Source: an uncultured Gammaproteobacteria bacterium
GTDB lineage: Bacteria; Pseudomonadota; Gammaproteobacteria; Magnimaribacterales; D2472
Length of the DNA: 62,760 nt
Assembly (NCBI GenBank): GCA_964342675.1
Contig: CAYFFR010000002.1
Span: forward strand, 1 to 62,760
Direction: 5' to 3'
Shown here: positions 58,775 through 62,760 of the stretch, piece after piece
Position numbering within the stretch: the first letter of the stretch is position 1
How the letters are laid out: the number at the start of each line of letters is the position of its first letter
The notes under the pieces: generated by a model
The model's database searches: none
Told to the model about the DNA's origin: nothing
Seen by the model: only the letters and a program-made list of their open reading frames with translations
Made by a program: the position numbers and the translations under genes

Positions 58775-58836
58775 AAGCGATTTGTCCCGGCTTGCATGCT
58801 TAAAAACTGCTAAAAAGGGGCGCCTGAATTAGGTGC
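58775..58836 (+). promoter_or_regulatory. SAM-II / SAM-V-class pseudoknot riboswitch plus SD-sequestering hairpin, 5' leader of metF-metE-metK
   Basis: The RNA reads AAGC GAUUU GUCCCGG CUUGC AU GCUU AAAAACU GCUAAAAAGGGG. P1 pairs AAGC 58775-78 with GCUU 58798-801. The U-rich loop strand GAUUU is at 58779-83. CCC 58786-88 pairs with GGG(G) 58817-20. UUGC 58792-95 pairs with GC-U-AA in the tail at 58809-20. GCGCC 58820-24 can pair with GGUGC 58832-36, covering the SD AGGUG that lies 5 nt before the ATG at 58841. Confidence 0.75.
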
Positions 58837-58840
58837 AGAT

Positions 58841-59650
58841 ATGAATATTTCATTAGAATTTTACCCACCCAAAGACCTTGATTTCTCAAGAACCCACGCA
58901 TCGTTCTTAGACCTAGAAACATTTGAACCAAAGTTTATTTCTATAACTTATGGTGCATTAGGTGGCTCTCAAGAGAGGTCTACTGGGCTTATTAAGGAGT
59001 TTAGTGCTAAATCTAACGTTGAAATTGCTGCCCATTTAACTTTAGTGGGTAAGAGTGTCGAGAGTTTGGATGGCATTACAAGTGAATTCAAGCAGCTTGG
59101 AATAAAGAAGATTGTTGCTATTAGAGGAGACAGCCCAGATGGAATATTTAAACAGCACCCAGACGGCTTTGTTAATACTGCAGACTTTGTTAGCTACCTT
59201 ATAGATAAGGATTTTGAAGTTATTGTGTCTGCTTATCCAGAGCCTCATCCTGAATCAACGGGCTTTGATTTTGATTTACAGTTATTAAAAAACAAGTCGG
59301 CTGCTGGAGCAAAAAAAGCAATCACACAGTTCTGTTTTAGTAATGGAGATTTTGAAAAGCTCATTGGTTCTATCAAAAAAGAATCTATCGATATTGAGAT
59401 GATTGCTGGCATTATGCCTATTTATGATATTGAAAATGTCTGCAGAATGGCTGATCGATGCGGAACTAAAGTACCCAACAACATAATTAATAAATTTTCT
59501 AATAATCAAAGTAAAAATAGATCTGTTGCAATAGAAGTTTGTATAGATCAAATAAATTTTTTACAAAATCTTGGTATAGACTCTTTTCATTTTTATACGC
59601 TAAACAAATCAACACTATTAAAACAGATTTTATTACAAGCAGGAGGTTAA
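58841..59650 (+). CDS. metF: 5,10-methylenetetrahydrofolate reductase
   Basis: 269 aa with LEFYPP, ITYGALGG, AAHLT, IVAIRGD, AYPEPHPES and AITQFCF blocks that match MetF. Confidence 0.85.
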   Translation: MNISLEFYPPKDLDFSRTHASFLDLETFEPKFISITYGALGGSQERSTGLIKEFSAKSNVEIAAHLTLVGKSVESLDGITSEFKQLGIKKIVAIRGDSPDGIFKQHPDGFVNTADFVSYLIDKDFEVIVSAYPEPHPESTGFDFDLQLLKNKSAAGAKKAITQFCFSNGDFEKLIGSIKKESIDIEMIAGIMPIYDIENVCRMADRCGTKVPNNIINKFSNNQSKNRSVAIEVCIDQINFLQNLGIDSFHFYTLNKSTLLKQILLQAGG

Positions 59651-59651
59651 G

Positions 59652-61937
59652 ATGAGTTATTTAGCTACAAACATTGGCATGCCAAGAATAGGCAGAAAAA
59701 GAGAGCTTAAATTTGCTATAGAAAAATACTGGCGTAATGAAATAAATAATACTGATCTTAAGGCAACTGCAGAAGAAATCGTTAAGCTAAATTATAAATT
59801 ACAAATAGAATCATCTATTAGCCTTATTCCAGTAAATGATTTTACTTACTATGACAGAATGCTAGATCTATGCGCCTTAACAGGTCTTACGCCCTCAAGA
59901 TTTGATGGCTTAGAATCTAAATCATATCTTGATAACTATTTTAGATATGCAAGAGGAGAAGGAAAGATACCTGCCATGGAAATGACCAAATGGTTCGATA
60001 CAAACTACCACTATATTGTTCCTGAAATTGAATTAGGCTCTAAGCCTAATTTTAATAAAGACTTTTTTGATCACCAGATCTTGCCTAATGGAGATAAATC
60101 CTTACAAAATTTTACATTAATTGGTCCAATTACCTTCTTATCTTTAGCCAAAGCAAATGAGAATGTGGCTGATAAATATGCTGTTTATGGAGCTCTCAAA
60201 GAAGCATTTGGTCAAATATTATGTCATGTTAATGATCTTGGTTTTACAAAGATCCATCTAGAAGAGCCTATATTAGGCTCAGATCTAAACCCAAAACAAA
60301 AAGAGCTTTTTGCTGATTTCTATAACGATCTAAAAACTAGAACTTCTCCTGATTCACGCTTTCAATTATCAACGTACTTTGGAAACGTTGAAAACAATAT
60401 CAATTTAATACTTGAATCTGATATCGATGTTGTCCATTTAGATCTGATGACAGATGAGAGTAACGAAGAAAATCTTAAAAAGATCCGTGAAAAGTTTTCT
60501 ATGATCTCATTGGGTGTGATCTCTGGAAGAAATATATGGAAAATGAATCTTCATCAAACAGCTAAATCAATTATTAATGCTACAGAAGGTTTGGGGTTTA
60601 AAGAGATACATATTGGTCCCACTACATCTTTGCAACATGTCCCATATTCATTACGGGATGAAGATAATATTCCTGAAGAAGTAATAGATTGGCTGGCATT
60701 TGCTGAAGAAAAATTAAAAGAGCTTGATCTGTTAGTTTCTTATTTAAATAAAACGGCTGATGACAAAGATGAGCGTGTGCTATCTACTATAGAGTCTAAT
60801 CGTTCAAGGCTTTCATCAGAACTAGTCAATAATAAAGCAGTTTTAGATCGAATGAGGGGCTTAAGTAATACAGATTTCTTTCGTGATGATAGCTTTAAGG
60901 TGCGACAAAAAATCCAGAAAGATCATTTTGGGTTTCCTTTGCTCCCAACAACTACAATTGGATCTTTTCCGCAAACTGAATCAATACGAAATGCAAGAGC
61001 AGAATTTAATGCTGGGTCAATAAGTGAATCTGAATATAAGAAATTTATAGAAAATGAAATCTCAGAATGTATTGATAAGCAAGAGGCTCTAGGTGTAGAT
61101 GTGCTGGTTCATGGTGAAGCTGAAAGAAACGATATGGTTCAATATTTTGGAGAATTATTATCAGGCTTTACTTTTACTAGGTTTGGTTGGGTTCAGTCTT
61201 ACGGAACAAGATGTGTAAAGCCTCCAATCATCTATGGTGATGTTGAGAGAAAAGAGCCGATGACGGTTGAGTGGGCCAAATTTGCGCAATCAAAGACTAA
61301 GAAGAAAATGAAAGGCATGCTTACTGGACCAGTCACAATACTGCAATGGTCATTTGTAAGAGATGATCAATCTAGAGATTTGACTTGTAAGCAAATTGCT
61401 CTTGCTATGAGAGATGAAGTCCAAGATTTAGAAGCTTCTGGAATTGATGTTATTCAAGTTGATGAGGCTGCTATAAGAGAGGGATTGCCAATAAGAAAAT
61501 CAAAACACCAAGACTATTTAAAGTGGTCTGTAGATGCATTCAAGTTAACCACTGCTGGCGTATGTAACCAAACCCAAATACATACTCATATGTGTTATTC
61601 AGAATTTAATGATGTCATGGATAGTATTGCAGCAATGGATGCTGATGTAATCTCAATAGAATGCTCACGATCAAATATGGAATTATTAAATATCTTTAAA
61701 GAGAAAAAATATCCTAATGAAATTGGTCCAGGAGTCTGGGACATTCATTCTCCAAGGGTTCCAAGTCTTGATGAATTAGAAGCATTAATTGAAAAAGCTG
61801 CTGAAGTTATTGATGTAGAAAATTTATGGATAAACCCTGATTGTGGATTAAAAACTAGGGGCTGGCCAGAAGTTGAATCAACATTAAAGAACATGATTCA
61901 GGCCACCGAAAATGTAAGATCAAAGTTAACTACTTAA
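59652..61937 (+). CDS. metE: cobalamin-independent methionine synthase
   Basis: 761 aa with a duplicated Meth_synt fold. The C-terminal zinc and homocysteine site includes HMCYS and NPDCGLKTR. An SD GGAGG precedes the ATG, 1 nt after the metF stop. Confidence 0.95.
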   Translation: MSYLATNIGMPRIGRKRELKFAIEKYWRNEINNTDLKATAEEIVKLNYKLQIESSISLIPVNDFTYYDRMLDLCALTGLTPSRFDGLESKSYLDNYFRYARGEGKIPAMEMTKWFDTNYHYIVPEIELGSKPNFNKDFFDHQILPNGDKSLQNFTLIGPITFLSLAKANENVADKYAVYGALKEAFGQILCHVNDLGFTKIHLEEPILGSDLNPKQKELFADFYNDLKTRTSPDSRFQLSTYFGNVENNINLILESDIDVVHLDLMTDESNEENLKKIREKFSMISLGVISGRNIWKMNLHQTAKSIINATEGLGFKEIHIGPTTSLQHVPYSLRDEDNIPEEVIDWLAFAEEKLKELDLLVSYLNKTADDKDERVLSTIESNRSRLSSELVNNKAVLDRMRGLSNTDFFRDDSFKVRQKIQKDHFGFPLLPTTTIGSFPQTESIRNARAEFNAGSISESEYKKFIENEISECIDKQEALGVDVLVHGEAERNDMVQYFGELLSGFTFTRFGWVQSYGTRCVKPPIIYGDVERKEPMTVEWAKFAQSKTKKKMKGMLTGPVTILQWSFVRDDQSRDLTCKQIALAMRDEVQDLEASGIDVIQVDEAAIREGLPIRKSKHQDYLKWSVDAFKLTTAGVCNQTQIHTHMCYSEFNDVMDSIAAMDADVISIECSRSNMELLNIFKEKKYPNEIGPGVWDIHSPRVPSLDELEALIEKAAEVIDVENLWINPDCGLKTRGWPEVESTLKNMIQATENVRSKLTT

Positions 61938-61950
61938 TTTAGGAGATAAA

Positions 61951-62760
61951 ATGAGCAAGATATTTACATCTGAATCAGTTTCTGAGGGGCATCCTGATAA
62001 GGTCTGTGATCAAATTTCTGATGCAATTCTAGATGCATATTTAATTGAAGATCCTAATAGTAGAGTTGCTTGTGAAACACTAATTAAGAATAACTTGGTT
62101 ATAGTTGCAGGAGAAATAACTTCTGAAGGCAGCCCAAGTCTTGAGCCCATTATTCGAAAAACAATTAATGATATTGGTTATGACAATGATGAGCTGGGCT
62201 TCAATGGTAATAATTGTGAAATTAAGAATTATATATTCCAACAATCTCCTGACATTGCTCAGGGAGTGAATGAGGGTGAGGGTGAAAATTTAGAGCAGGG
62301 CGCTGGTGATCAAGGCTTAATGTTTGGTTATGCTTGTAGAGAAAATGAAGCGCTTATGCCTGCACCAATTGATTTATCTCATCAGCTTGTAAAGAAGCAA
62401 TCAGAAATTAGAAAAAGCGGTGAAGTTGATTGGTTAAGGCCAGATGCTAAAAGCCAGGTAAGCGTAGTATATGACGATAGTGGTCAATCTATAAAAGGAC
62501 TATCTGCAATTGTCCTATCTACACAACACAATGATGGTATTGCTCAATCAGAACTAAAAGAATGTGTTTTAGAAAAAATAATTAAGCCGGTTGTACCAAA
62601 AGAATGGTTGCTCGACGACACAAAAATATTGATTAATCCAACTGGAAAGTTTGTTATTGGTGGGCCAGTGGGTGACTGTGGCTTGACTGGAAGAAAGATT
62701 ATTGTCGATACTTATGGTGGAATGGCTAGACATGGAGGAGGTGCTTTTTCTGGAAAAGAC
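61951..62760 (+). CDS. metK: S-adenosylmethionine synthetase, first 270 codons (3' end beyond the right window edge; not in the ORF track)
   Basis: My translation begins [31 protein letters not shown], and later motifs include [12 protein letters not shown] and GGGAFSGKD at the window end. An SD AGGAG lies 7 nt upstream. Confidence 0.95.
   Translation, partial: MSKIFTSESVSEGHPDKVCDQISDAILDAYLIEDPNSRVACETLIKNNLVIVAGEITSEGSPSLEPIIRKTINDIGYDNDELGFNGNNCEIKNYIFQQSPDIAQGVNEGEGENLEQGAGDQGLMFGYACRENEALMPAPIDLSHQLVKKQSEIRKSGEVDWLRPDAKSQVSVVYDDSGQSIKGLSAIVLSTQHNDGIAQSELKECVLEKIIKPVVPKEWLLDDTKILINPTGKFVIGGPVGDCGLTGRKIIVDTYGGMARHGGGAFSGKD

Overview
This is a very AT-rich, tightly packed chromosomal window with about 70 genes, mostly 0-60 nt spacers and many 4-30 nt gene overlaps. 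It comes from a streamlined gammaproteobacterium. That assignment is an inference from gene order that, as I recall it, matches Pseudomonas and marine Oceanospirillales-type genomes: erpA-anmK-M23 peptidase...tyrS-(rrn tRNA-Ile), thiE-hemL, dksA-pcnB, nnr-tsaE-amiB, priA/rpmE, ubiH-pepP/zapA-ssrS-5FCL, miaB-phoH-ybeY-corC-lnt, orn/rsgA, ubiE-ubiB-tatABC, tkt-pgk-fba and metF-metE-metK. The content is overwhelmingly housekeeping. I see no integrase, transposase, phage, CRISPR, toxin-antitoxin or recognisable defence genes, and no classical DNA-binding transcription factor. I therefore cannot support a novel multi-gene system here.

The points worth a second look are listed below.
- A SAM-II/SAM-V-type pseudoknot riboswitch lies in front of metF-metE-metK. 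Its expression platform looks atypical.
- The gpx/fadB-like spacer (360 bp) is the only long non-coding stretch. It holds two GC-rich hairpins with complementary purine and pyrimidine tracts, two alternative 33-codon ORFs, and an almost pure A/T tract with repeated modules.
- A spacer-type tRNA-Ile(GAT) at the left edge has a protein gene where a 16S rRNA gene is expected. This suggests unlinked rRNA genes.
- DksA carries an approximately 85-aa lysine-rich, histone-H1-like N-terminal extension.
- A small cluster of accessory hydrolases includes a membrane-anchored paraoxonase-like beta-propeller.

Three features absent from the ORF track were added by eye: tatA, 5'-partial metK and 6S RNA. All protein calls rest on motif and family recognition in the supplied translations. 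No searches were run.
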